Source of the DNA: a virus
IMG/VR virus record: IMGVR_UViG_3300005077_000572
Location: 9,131-73,130 of that record
Strand: one strand, 5' to 3'
DNA length: 64,000 nucleotides
In this document: in pieces, positions 55,811 to 64,000 of the stretch
Layout of the letters: every line of letters starts with the position of its first letter
Position numbering within the stretch: the first letter of the stretch is position 1
Made by a program: the position numbers and the translations under genes
Notes under the pieces: model-generated
Seen by the model: the letters and a program-made list of their open reading frames with translations, nothing else
Database searches by the model: none
What the model was told of the DNA's origin: nothing

Positions 55811-56251
55811 TTATTTCAGCAGATGTTCAGGTACAATGTCCTGCGGAGTAACCGTCTGCTCGGCTTCCTTGGTAGCGTTGTTGATGTTGGTGGCGAAGAT
55901 TGTACTGTAACGAACGCACTGTGCCTGATCTGCTGGACTTAGGCTGGCCATCTGCATCATAGTGTCGACGTCCACACGACCTTGACTCACCAATTGAACT
56001 GCACTGAGTTTTGCCAATGACTTAATGAAGGCAGCACGTTGCGCTTCCTGGTCCCAGGTTAATTCCGCAGTGGTATGATTTTGAATTAATTCTTGCTCGA
56101 GTTGTTCAAGAACGCCTAGAAATTCTGCTTCAGCGATAGTTCTAGACTGTGTTGTTCTAAGTCTATCAAGATCTTCTTGAACTCGATTTAATTTTGCCGC
56201 TGGTGTAACCAGTGGGCCCAGTACACGAGTCTGATACTCGAATTTATACAT
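55811..56251 (-). CDS. Hypothetical helical protein
   Basis: AAGGA RBS; 146 aa. Confidence 0.6.
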   Translation of the reverse strand: MYKFEYQTRVLGPLVTPAAKLNRVQEDLDRLRTTQSRTIAEAEFLGVLEQLEQELIQNHTTAELTWDQEAQRAAFIKSLAKLSAVQLVSQGRVDVDTMMQMASLSPADQAQCVRYSTIFATNINNATKEAEQTVTPQDIVPEHLLK

Positions 56252-56271
56252 ATAACATCCTTGTTGTCTGA

Positions 56272-56433
56272 TTAATGTCCGCCAAAACTGGCGCTTAGAT
56301 AAACTGTATTACCGGCAGTGATACCTACATAAGTACCCAGCTGACTGAGTGTACGCTGTGATCCACTGGTGAAGCCATAGTAGACCTGAATCTGGTTCAT
56401 GCTAATTTGACTGCCAGTTGATGGTAACGCCAT
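56272..56433 (-). CDS. Small Gly-rich tail-fibre-associated peptide (53 aa; not in ORF track)
   Basis: GGAG RBS; MALPSTGSQISMNQIQVYYGFTSGSQRTLSQLGTYVGITAGNTVYLSASFGGH, resembling the MALPSSG.IS adhesin N-terminus. Confidence 0.7.
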   Translation of the reverse strand: MALPSTGSQISMNQIQVYYGFTSGSQRTLSQLGTYVGITAGNTVYLSASFGGH

Positions 56434-56486
56434 GTAAATTTACTCCGGTATTTCTTTATTAATAGTAACGCACAAGAATGATTCTG

Positions 56487-58175
56487 TCAAGTATCATGTA
56501 CGTTGTATTTATGCCGTTTAACTACTACAATATAGACACCGTTCCACCATTGGTTAGGGTCTTCTTGTTCATTTAACAATATTTTTTCATAAAGTATATC
56601 AAAATTTGATTTAATAATTCCACTTCTAGCACCGTCCACTACACCCTGCCAGTTTGCATCATCAAATACTAAAATTGCAGTATCAGATATACATTCTTTG
56701 TAATAAAGTATTGCAGATTCTGTAGTTTGTTGTTCATGAGGCCCATCATAAAAAAATAAATCAATGTTTCGTATTTCAGTCACATCAACGTTAAACAAAT
56801 CACTATCAAACACCGATAATTCACGTCCATTTTTTACTGCACGTATGTTTTCAATAAAAGAATCTTTGGAGTTTTTTGGCAATAATATTTTATGATCAGC
56901 AGGTTGTATATTTTCAATCCATTGATCTACAAAGTATGCAGACTTTATACTATTTGATCTAAGTACTGCTGTGGCAGTAGCACCTAAAAATGATCCAATT
57001 TCCAGATAGCGAGTCGAAAGATTGGCAAGTGATGTCAACAAAGATTGTACTCGAGTAGAGGTCAACCCTGGAATCATTACTGGTGTATATTCTTGGTTAT
57101 CATGATATGCTATAGCATCAGATACTGCATTTACTAGTGGGTCAGAAGTAGTTCCACCTTTACTAGCATAAACCTTATCACAAAAGTTGCAATCCCAGCA
57201 ATCAAATTTACAGTTTTTTATGATACTACGCCAGGCATTTATTGGGCGTTCTTCAAGATTATTGTCAGAAATGTATTCATTGAAATTTGGAAATAATATT
57301 TCATGACCTTTTACAAATTTTTCAATAATAGACATTGATTCAAATAAACGATTAATACTTTCTCGTCCGTGCAGTTTAAACGTATCAATGCCTAATTCTA
57401 GTAGTTCAACCCAATCAGATCTCCATGGAGGCAAATTGGCAGTTTTTAACATTATTGCCGAGTCATCAACGTCCCATTTCTGGCAGGAAATTCGAGCAAT
57501 GCTTGAATTAAAATATTGCGGGTCATGCATTGTGCGTGTGCAATTGTACTGATAATGTTCGGTCATGATCGGACAATTTCCCGCACACCCCTCATTTGCT
57601 AGCAAACTTATCTTGAGATCAGGAAAAAGTTTCTTAACTCGTATAATTTTTTCCAGTTCGTCGCGATCCCTCATCAAATCACGATCTAAATTAATATAAT
57701 GAAATCCAGCCTTCGCCTCGGAATAAACTTGATTAGCTTTATATGTATCACGCAATATTGTATTCTTTATTAAAAGTTCAGGGAATTCTGATTGTATCTT
57801 ACCGGTCAATAACCACTGCGTATGCGGGATAGTTGCACTCCGCACGCCAGCGTGATACAATGGTTTGAAATTTTTAATAAATGTATCTAGATTTTTCTGA
57901 TCAGATCTAACATATATATTATTAAATGTTGCTGAAATTTCAACACCAGTTTGTGATTTAATAAACAAAGCAGAGTCAATTACTGACTGGTGATATTCTT
58001 CAACAACAAAAACATCCCCCATTGCATCCTGCGTAAAGGGTGCAATGCGAGACGTGAAATATATGTCGTAAATATAGTCTTTGTACCGCTGTACAAAATT
58101 TACAAAATACTCAAATTGTTTGTGATTTAATTTTGGGTTCAGCGGTAAGCTGAATATTTTCTGATTTATTGGCAT
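56487..58175 (-). CDS. Peptidase U32-like (Fe-S) domain fused to a class I SAM methyltransferase
   Basis: LDRDLMRD, LLANEGCAGNCP...H, FKLHGRE, CKFDCWDCNFC; then YLEIGSFLG, FFYDGPH, LVFDD.NW (Methyltransf_24-like). Confidence 0.75.
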   Translation of the reverse strand: MPINQKIFSLPLNPKLNHKQFEYFVNFVQRYKDYIYDIYFTSRIAPFTQDAMGDVFVVEEYHQSVIDSALFIKSQTGVEISATFNNIYVRSDQKNLDTFIKNFKPLYHAGVRSATIPHTQWLLTGKIQSEFPELLIKNTILRDTYKANQVYSEAKAGFHYINLDRDLMRDRDELEKIIRVKKLFPDLKISLLANEGCAGNCPIMTEHYQYNCTRTMHDPQYFNSSIARISCQKWDVDDSAIMLKTANLPPWRSDWVELLELGIDTFKLHGRESINRLFESMSIIEKFVKGHEILFPNFNEYISDNNLEERPINAWRSIIKNCKFDCWDCNFCDKVYASKGGTTSDPLVNAVSDAIAYHDNQEYTPVMIPGLTSTRVQSLLTSLANLSTRYLEIGSFLGATATAVLRSNSIKSAYFVDQWIENIQPADHKILLPKNSKDSFIENIRAVKNGRELSVFDSDLFNVDVTEIRNIDLFFYDGPHEQQTTESAILYYKECISDTAILVFDDANWQGVVDGARSGIIKSNFDILYEKILLNEQEDPNQWWNGVYIVVVKRHKYNVHDT

Positions 58176-58941
58176 GCGAATCTAGTAGATCTGGAATAGA
58201 CATATTTTTAGATTCAAGATATTGATTTACTTGATCTTGTGTGTTCAAGCTGATTTTATGTAGACCAGCCTGAATTAGGCCTGAATATTCAACGGCAACA
58301 GTTAACGCTTGTAGCTGATCTTCTTGCGCCATCATTGCGATGCTATCCATGTTTCCAGAACCAACCCGGCCGTAAGATATAATATCCAGAGCTGCTTGCT
58401 TGCCCATTCGGGCGATCCAATACTGGCGTTCTTCTTCTTCGTTATTCTGGAGGTAGTAGTCAAGATCACGATCTTTAGTTATATACTGCTTGATTACGTC
58501 CAGAAATGCCTGCATTTCATATTCACTCTGCCTGAGTTTACGCTTCCAGATAGTGATATCGTAATCATTTTTATCAATATCAATCTGAATTAATTCTCGA
58601 TCCAGTGGGTCAGTTGTGTGCTCTTGTTGTTGCAACCATTTTAACCTCATAATTTCAGCACGTCTTAAACTGGCCTTAATTTCTTGATAGGCATGATACC
58701 TAACCTCTAATTCCATTAGACTTTGACGTACCTGTTTATAAGGCGTAATCTGACTGTTTGCAACAAAATGCTTACACTGGTATTGGGTCATTCCAGAATC
58801 AGCAATTACGGCATTAGTTATGATGTGCCGATCTAATTCGGAAAGTTTATAACGATCGACAAAATCAGGATCTAATTTAATTTCTCTGACTTCGCTTGAT
58901 ACTATGTTATGTTCGTTGATTATATTAGAAGTAATATCCAT
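58111..58941 (-). CDS. Coiled-coil hypothetical protein
   Basis: GMTQYQC..FV..SQITPYKQVRQ...ELE; YWIARMGKQAA.D....G..G.GN. Confidence 0.7.
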   Translation of the reverse strand: MDITSNIINEHNIVSSEVREIKLDPDFVDRYKLSELDRHIITNAVIADSGMTQYQCKHFVANSQITPYKQVRQSLMELEVRYHAYQEIKASLRRAEIMRLKWLQQQEHTTDPLDRELIQIDIDKNDYDITIWKRKLRQSEYEMQAFLDVIKQYITKDRDLDYYLQNNEEEERQYWIARMGKQAALDIISYGRVGSGNMDSIAMMAQEDQLQALTVAVEYSGLIQAGLHKISLNTQDQVNQYLESKNMSIPDLLDSHANKSENIQLTAEPKIKSQTI

Positions 58942-60133
58942 TACCTTTAACTCTCCATTCTTCTTTTCGATTATAGTCAGTATCGCTTATAGTTCTACCC
59001 AAGGCAGCAGCCTGTTTAAGTGGCATACCGATTCCCAAGTAGTCTTCATAAAGAATATTTAAATCCCAGACGCTGGAACAAGATTCAAATTTCTTTAAAA
59101 TAATCTGCATTTCAACCAATAAGCGAGACAGTTTGTCATTAAACTCTTCAGACTTTTGTAATATTTTATTGGATAATGTAGTTTTGTCAATATTTCGTTG
59201 TACGGATATATAATCTAAAAATGGGGTCACGTGCCCAGGAACTTCACCATAGGTTAGCCACTCCTGTGCTTCATGTCGCTGTATCTGCCAACTTTCAGTT
59301 TCCAGCTGACTAGCACTGCGCATTGTTAGGTAACGGCGCTCAAATTCAGTTTCAATTATTTCACGAGCAAAGATTTTCATTACTGTTAAAATATAACCAG
59401 CGATTTCTGGTGTAATTTCAGTGGGTATTTTCTCTCCATACCAGCTGGTACGTGCTTCCCAGACTTTAGCCACCGGGCGTATTTCTCCAAAAAATGTTGT
59501 GCCATAAAATGCCGTGTCTTCGTCGATTTCAATAATTTCTTCAGCAACCCAAACTGCCTTCATGGTCTGATAAAGACCTTCACTCATCTTCACACATGTG
59601 TAATTCATCAAACTATACATTTCCTGACATGTCATGTTATAATCTCCGCCGGGATTACCATGCAATAACCCTTCAACTGATCGGTGTTTGACAATAATAT
59701 AACGATATGGTGGTTGCTGTAGTTCTAACCCAGCATCGTCCGAAAACACCGTTTCAGCATATAAATTTAATAGTTCGTTGGTATAGGTCATCACTGAAGT
59801 TAATATAGTGACACTTCTACCTTCGGAATCGATTGACTCGTCTGCAGTTGTAACTATATCAATATCTGGATTAGTGACTGCTGGATTTGCTTGAATGCGC
59901 ACATTTGAGTCTGTTGTTTTAACTGTAGTTGTTACTGTTACTAATCCCGGTATTGATTTTTCATAATCAGTGAGTGTAACATCTTCTTGAGTGGAAATTT
60001 CAATGTCTGAATCCACTGAAGAGATATCTATAACAAGTATAGCATTATATATTACTGATGGTTGAATAGTATTGATATCTGAATCAGTCAATATTATAGT
60101 TGTTTTATTTCTATAGTTAACAAGTTTGCTCAT
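58925..60133 (-). CDS. Putative tail-fibre assembly-like protein
   Basis: C-terminal E.ESW..Q..EA..W...TPFLD.I...R....L..KIL.K; acidic Thr-rich N-terminal extension. Confidence 0.55.
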   Translation of the reverse strand: MSKLVNYRNKTTIILTDSDINTIQPSVIYNAILVIDISSVDSDIEISTQEDVTLTDYEKSIPGLVTVTTTVKTTDSNVRIQANPAVTNPDIDIVTTADESIDSEGRSVTILTSVMTYTNELLNLYAETVFSDDAGLELQQPPYRYIIVKHRSVEGLLHGNPGGDYNMTCQEMYSLMNYTCVKMSEGLYQTMKAVWVAEEIIEIDEDTAFYGTTFFGEIRPVAKVWEARTSWYGEKIPTEITPEIAGYILTVMKIFAREIIETEFERRYLTMRSASQLETESWQIQRHEAQEWLTYGEVPGHVTPFLDYISVQRNIDKTTLSNKILQKSEEFNDKLSRLLVEMQIILKKFESCSSVWDLNILYEDYLGIGMPLKQAAALGRTISDTDYNRKEEWRVKGNGYYF

Positions 60134-60142
60134 TTTTTTACC

Positions 60143-61246
60143 TTATATTGCTACTGTTTGGCCACAGACTGTGGCGGCAGCGCTACTGCAACATCCGGAA
60201 CTTTGGCCAAAATGTCCCTTGGGCTGTGCTGCTGTACCTAACTGTGTTAATGTATCGTTTAAGTAATTATATTTAACTGTTTGATTATTCTGCTGTCCGT
60301 CATAATTACCCAACATGTATCCATGATCCTGACCCATTTGTAAATTTTCTTCGCCACATGCCCTGACTTTTGTCATTGTGAGAATATTGGTACCTGTAGA
60401 GTCACTAAATTTAGTAATACCTGTAGTTACGTTGCCCCCGTTGCCAGCATAATGGTACCCACGCTTTGTGGACAATATTTTACTCCAAGCATCAGGTGAA
60501 ACTGAAGCACTGAATGACGCCCAGCTATCATTACTATACGTAATATATTGTTTCGATCCGGCAATTGTAAAATACCCACGTGTTTCTCCGTGACACCCGG
60601 AAGTAAACCCTGTACCAGCTGGGTTACTTGTGGTGGTAAACATAATTTCGCTAGGCATGTGAAATTTCTCTGTTACAGCAGATCCACCACCAGTTATATA
60701 ACCAACTTGCCCAATTTGATTAACTGCTGCGCCTTGATAAATTCTAGCTACGCTCATATTCCAACCCCCAATACCAGATGTACCAGTGTTAGTTGGAAAC
60801 CCAAACCCTGATCCAGGTGGGCTGTGTGTGCCACCTCCGCGTGTTCGTAATGTGCCATTGGCTAGGCTATAGCTTTGTGTTCCAGCATTTGTAGTTGCAT
60901 ATGCATCCGCCGCATTATGCACATAACCATTCAAATCACTAAAAGTCCCTTCAAGGTAGTTGGCAGCATAGGCTAGTTGCTCACCACAGTACATGGTAAT
61001 ATCAGTAGCATGCCATGTTCGATTGAGTGCACGCCAAGGGTTGGATCCTTTATACCCGCCAGCCAGATACCCATGTGTAAATATACTACGATACAAAAAC
61101 CCGGACTGCGGTATCATTGCGGCGTTTCCTGGATAGTTCCAATAGGCACTGGAACCATCATTGAATAACGCTCCTCCCACTGCGGCGGCAGATGGCGCCG
61201 GATACATACCGGGAAAAACATTTGTTGAACCTGAATAAAATGCCAT
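60143..61246 (-). CDS. Gly/aromatic-rich putative beta-propeller adhesin, paralogue 3
   Basis: THGY.AGGYK...PWR..N.TWH.TD.T.YCGEQ ... GEEN.QMGQ..GY.LG.Y.G.QNN ... PKGH.G.SS..CSS. Confidence 0.65.
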   Translation of the reverse strand: MAFYSGSTNVFPGMYPAPSAAAVGGALFNDGSSAYWNYPGNAAMIPQSGFLYRSIFTHGYLAGGYKGSNPWRALNRTWHATDITMYCGEQLAYAANYLEGTFSDLNGYVHNAADAYATTNAGTQSYSLANGTLRTRGGGTHSPPGSGFGFPTNTGTSGIGGWNMSVARIYQGAAVNQIGQVGYITGGGSAVTEKFHMPSEIMFTTTSNPAGTGFTSGCHGETRGYFTIAGSKQYITYSNDSWASFSASVSPDAWSKILSTKRGYHYAGNGGNVTTGITKFSDSTGTNILTMTKVRACGEENLQMGQDHGYMLGNYDGQQNNQTVKYNYLNDTLTQLGTAAQPKGHFGQSSGCCSSAAATVCGQTVAI

Positions 61247-61247
61247 G

Positions 61248-62399
61248 TTAAATATAATTCGCAGTTACTGTGGCGGCAGCGCTTGAGCACAATGCCGAAC
61301 TCATTCCAACGTGTCCTTTAGGCTCTGTTAAATATGTCATCACCGTCATCACATCAGTATTATACATTACTTTAAATGTATAATTGTTCTGTGAACCGTT
61401 GTATTGGCCTAGACAATAGCCCCATTCTTGTCCCATTTGCATGTTTTCTTCTCCAAGTGCACTGGGTTTGCTTAACGAAGCAGTAATATATGTGCCACTC
61501 GAGTCACTCCACTTACCGAATCCCACCGTAACATTGCTACTAGTACCACAATAATGATATCCTTTTTTAGTACTCAATACCTTAGTAACACCGTCAGTAG
61601 AAAAACTAGTACCAGGACTCCAAGTTGACCAAGCATCGCTACTATAAGTCTGATATCGCAAATTACCACCTAAAGACCAATAAGATCGCTCAGCACCGTG
61701 CGATGCAGTTGCATGTGTTGATGTAAATCCAGGGCCAGTGGTGGTGTACATTATTTCTGTGGGCATATAAAATTTATCGCACCCTGATGATTCTGGTCCA
61801 CCAGTTATGTATCCAATTTGACCAGTTTGATTTACGGCACCAGCAAAATAAGTTCTAGTAACGCTCATATCCCAACTGCCAGTGCCAGCTACAGAACCAC
61901 TACCATAAGCTATTCCTTGCCCATCATTGGCCGGGTCTTTACCAGTATATCCAAAAGGACCACTGGGAGATGCGCCAGTGAATCCTGTCCCCATGTTCCG
62001 ACCTATTCCTGTTGCAAGACTGTAACTAGATGTACTAATACCACCAGTATAACTACCATCAGCACCGTGCACATACCCGTTAAAATCACTAAACGTGCCA
62101 CCGCTGTAAGCACTTGCCGCATACAGTTGCTCGCCACAATATGCAGTCACATCAGTTTGGTGCCATGTTTTGTTTACTGATCTCCAGGGACTCCCATCTT
62201 TGTATCCGCCAGCAGTATAACCGTGTGTGAAAATGCTACGTGTCTCTAATGCGCCAGATGGAGTAGATTTTGAACTACCAGGGTATGCCCAAAATCCCGC
62301 ACTTGTACTACTAGATACTAGATTAGATCCGCGTGACACCGTGTTGGGAATAGGGTATATTCCTGGTAAAAAATTTATTGATCCAACATAAAAAGCCAT
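61248..62399 (-). CDS. Gly/aromatic-rich putative beta-propeller adhesin, paralogue 2
   Basis: Same conserved blocks as its neighbours. Confidence 0.65.
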   Translation of the reverse strand: MAFYVGSINFLPGIYPIPNTVSRGSNLVSSSTSAGFWAYPGSSKSTPSGALETRSIFTHGYTAGGYKDGSPWRSVNKTWHQTDVTAYCGEQLYAASAYSGGTFSDFNGYVHGADGSYTGGISTSSYSLATGIGRNMGTGFTGASPSGPFGYTGKDPANDGQGIAYGSGSVAGTGSWDMSVTRTYFAGAVNQTGQIGYITGGPESSGCDKFYMPTEIMYTTTGPGFTSTHATASHGAERSYWSLGGNLRYQTYSSDAWSTWSPGTSFSTDGVTKVLSTKKGYHYCGTSSNVTVGFGKWSDSSGTYITASLSKPSALGEENMQMGQEWGYCLGQYNGSQNNYTFKVMYNTDVMTVMTYLTEPKGHVGMSSALCSSAAATVTANYI

Positions 62400-62400
62400 G

Positions 62401-63564
62401 TTAAGTCCTATTTACCCCGCATACTGATGCGGATGCGTGACTACAACAACCTGAACTTGTACCGTAATGCCCTTTGGGCTGCGCCGCAAATCCCAGTGTT
62501 ACTTCAGTATCTGTACTATACGTTGTTTTAGTAGTCCAGTTGTTCTGTTGCCCATTATACATGCCCAACATGTATCCCCAGTCTTGTCCCATTTGCTGAT
62601 TTTCTTCACCAAAATTCCCTAATTTATTCCAACCAGCCATATAGGATGTAGTGGCGTCACTGAATTTCCACCTGGTAGAGTTGGTATTACCGTAGACACC
62701 AGCATAAAAATGTCCATATTTACTCATCAGTGACTTATTGTTGCCGTCGGAATATCCACCGTTAAAACTCCAGTAAGTAAAAGAATCATTGCTGTATGTC
62801 ATATAATAACCCTGTGAATTGGAACTGTTACCATTACAATATGCACGTGTCTCTCCACCAATTGCATCAGTTGCACCCCAGGTTACTGGACTGCTAGTTG
62901 TTGCATACATTACTTCTGAAGGGAAATGAAGTTTATTTGTAACTGCTGAATTGCCACCAAATATGTAACCTGCACCATTCACTTGCGTACTAGCACAGCC
63001 AATATTCATGCGCGATACACTCATATTCCAGCTTCCAGTTGAATTAGGGCTGGATTGGCCGCTACCGTAGGTTAGGCCATCAGCCACCGGGTTATGGCCT
63101 TGATATCCATAAGGGGCGCCACCAGATCCAAAAAATACACCAACGTCACTATTACGTTTTCTGTTAACACCATTAAATAGGTTATAACTGGAGGTGTTTG
63201 CGTATGCTCCTTGGAATGCTGGACCGGTGCCATGAACATACCCGTTGTAATCACTGCAAGTACCATCAATGTAAGATGCCGGTCGATCTATCTGCTCACC
63301 GCAATACACCGTAATATCAGTCTGATGCCAGGTTTTATTTACCGATCGCCAGGGACTTGAGCCTTTGTAACCGGCTGCCGTATAGCCATGTGTTAGGATT
63401 GTTCGATATCGCCAACCAGAGCCTGTGGCGGCTGAGGAATTGCCCGGATACGCCCAGAAACCAGATGTGCCATCATTGCTAAGTGGTGACCCACGCGATG
63501 TTGCATCAATTACCGGCATGTAACCATTGGGGAATACTGTAGTTTCACCGATTTTGAAGGCCAC
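62401..63564 (-). CDS. Gly/aromatic-rich putative beta-propeller adhesin, paralogue 1
   Basis: Same conserved blocks; GTG start after GGAG. Confidence 0.65.
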   Translation of the reverse strand: MAFKIGETTVFPNGYMPVIDATSRGSPLSNDGTSGFWAYPGNSSAATGSGWRYRTILTHGYTAAGYKGSSPWRSVNKTWHQTDITVYCGEQIDRPASYIDGTCSDYNGYVHGTGPAFQGAYANTSSYNLFNGVNRKRNSDVGVFFGSGGAPYGYQGHNPVADGLTYGSGQSSPNSTGSWNMSVSRMNIGCASTQVNGAGYIFGGNSAVTNKLHFPSEVMYATTSSPVTWGATDAIGGETRAYCNGNSSNSQGYYMTYSNDSFTYWSFNGGYSDGNNKSLMSKYGHFYAGVYGNTNSTRWKFSDATTSYMAGWNKLGNFGEENQQMGQDWGYMLGMYNGQQNNWTTKTTYSTDTEVTLGFAAQPKGHYGTSSGCCSHASASVCGVNRT

Positions 63565-63952
63565 GTACCTGCTCCTTGAGATCGGTGATCTGCTGTTGTT
63601 GTTCTTTTATTGCTTCAATTAGCAAAGCCACAGTGTTTTGGTAGTTGACGGATTTTGTTTTCATGTCGTCGAGTCCCTCATGAACTAGCTGCGGTAACAC
63701 TTGCTCGACTTCTTGGGCTATTAATCCAACTTGATTATCACGGCCGTCTTTTGTATACAGTCTACCGTTCAATGCACACACCAATGTCAGCGCACTTTCA
63801 ATCGGCCTAATGTTAGATTTTAGTCTAACATCTGAATTGGTGATAATATCACCACTGGCTGTTATATTACCAGTGACTGTTACCGACGACTGTATATCCA
63901 CTTTAGTAAAATCATTGGAGTAATTTAATATCATATCTCCAGTGGTGGCCAC
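63545..63952 (-). CDS. Peptidase S74 intramolecular chaperone domain (tail fibre C-terminus); 5' end uncertain
   Basis: SDVRLKSNI, L.G..Y, GLIAQEVEQVLP.LV, VNY....ALLIEAIKE coiled coil. Confidence 0.85.
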   Translation of the reverse strand: MATTGDMILNYSNDFTKVDIQSSVTVTGNITASGDIITNSDVRLKSNIRPIESALTLVCALNGRLYTKDGRDNQVGLIAQEVEQVLPQLVHEGLDDMKTKSVNYQNTVALLIEAIKEQQQQITDLKEQVRGLQNR

Positions 63953-64000
63953 AATACAGCGTTTGCCCCTGCCCAGGAAGTCCTGTCCAGCCGTCTAGGG

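Noticed and set aside
386-62180. Many short plus-strand and alternate-frame ORFs in the track (for example 6156-6623, 16877-17386, 20452-20907, 61818-62180)
   Set aside because: They are antisense or alternate-frame shadows of well-supported genes, without RBS or motifs.
60143-63564. Diversity-generating retroelement acting on the three paralogues
   Set aside because: No reverse transcriptase in the window, and no near-identical template/variable repeat pair differing only at adenines; similarity is at protein level.
1-64000. tRNA, rRNA, CRISPR array, IS or integrase
   Set aside because: No cloverleaf, rRNA-like tract, regularly spaced repeat-spacer array or transposase motif was recognised. 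Intergenic gaps are short and explained by promoters and terminators. tRNAscan was not run.

Overview
This window is a 64-kb segment of a large T4-like jumbo myophage genome. It uses the standard genetic code and is coded almost entirely on the minus strand. Left to right it holds: a translation initiation factor IF-3 gene cut by the left edge; a SleB-type wall hydrolase; a PAAR spike gene; a class Ia ribonucleotide reductase operon with iscU and iscA between nrdA and nrdB; a block of probable internal head proteins; a replication/recombination block (helicase, primase, a mini DnaE-like protein, clamp-loader subunit, UvsW, UvsY, UvsX, ssb); a packaging and head-tail block (terminase, gp4, tail tube, sheath, gp13/14/15); and a tail-distal module (glycosyltransferase-like genes, a U32-methyltransferase fusion, three paralogous Gly-rich proteins, an S74 chaperone domain). 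The strongest signal is iscU, which is interrupted twice at Fe-S ligand positions. The first break is a 10-nt coding gap (GGU-UAG-AACC-GGC, stop codon in a hairpin, synonymous Gly codons on both sides) resembling programmed ribosomal bypassing. The second is a 341-aa intein with a non-LAGLIDADG endonuclease inserted at Cys63. All family calls come from motif recognition by eye; no database search was run. Resemblance to GAP32/RaK2/XacN1-type jumbo phages and a beta/gamma-proteobacterial host are inferences.
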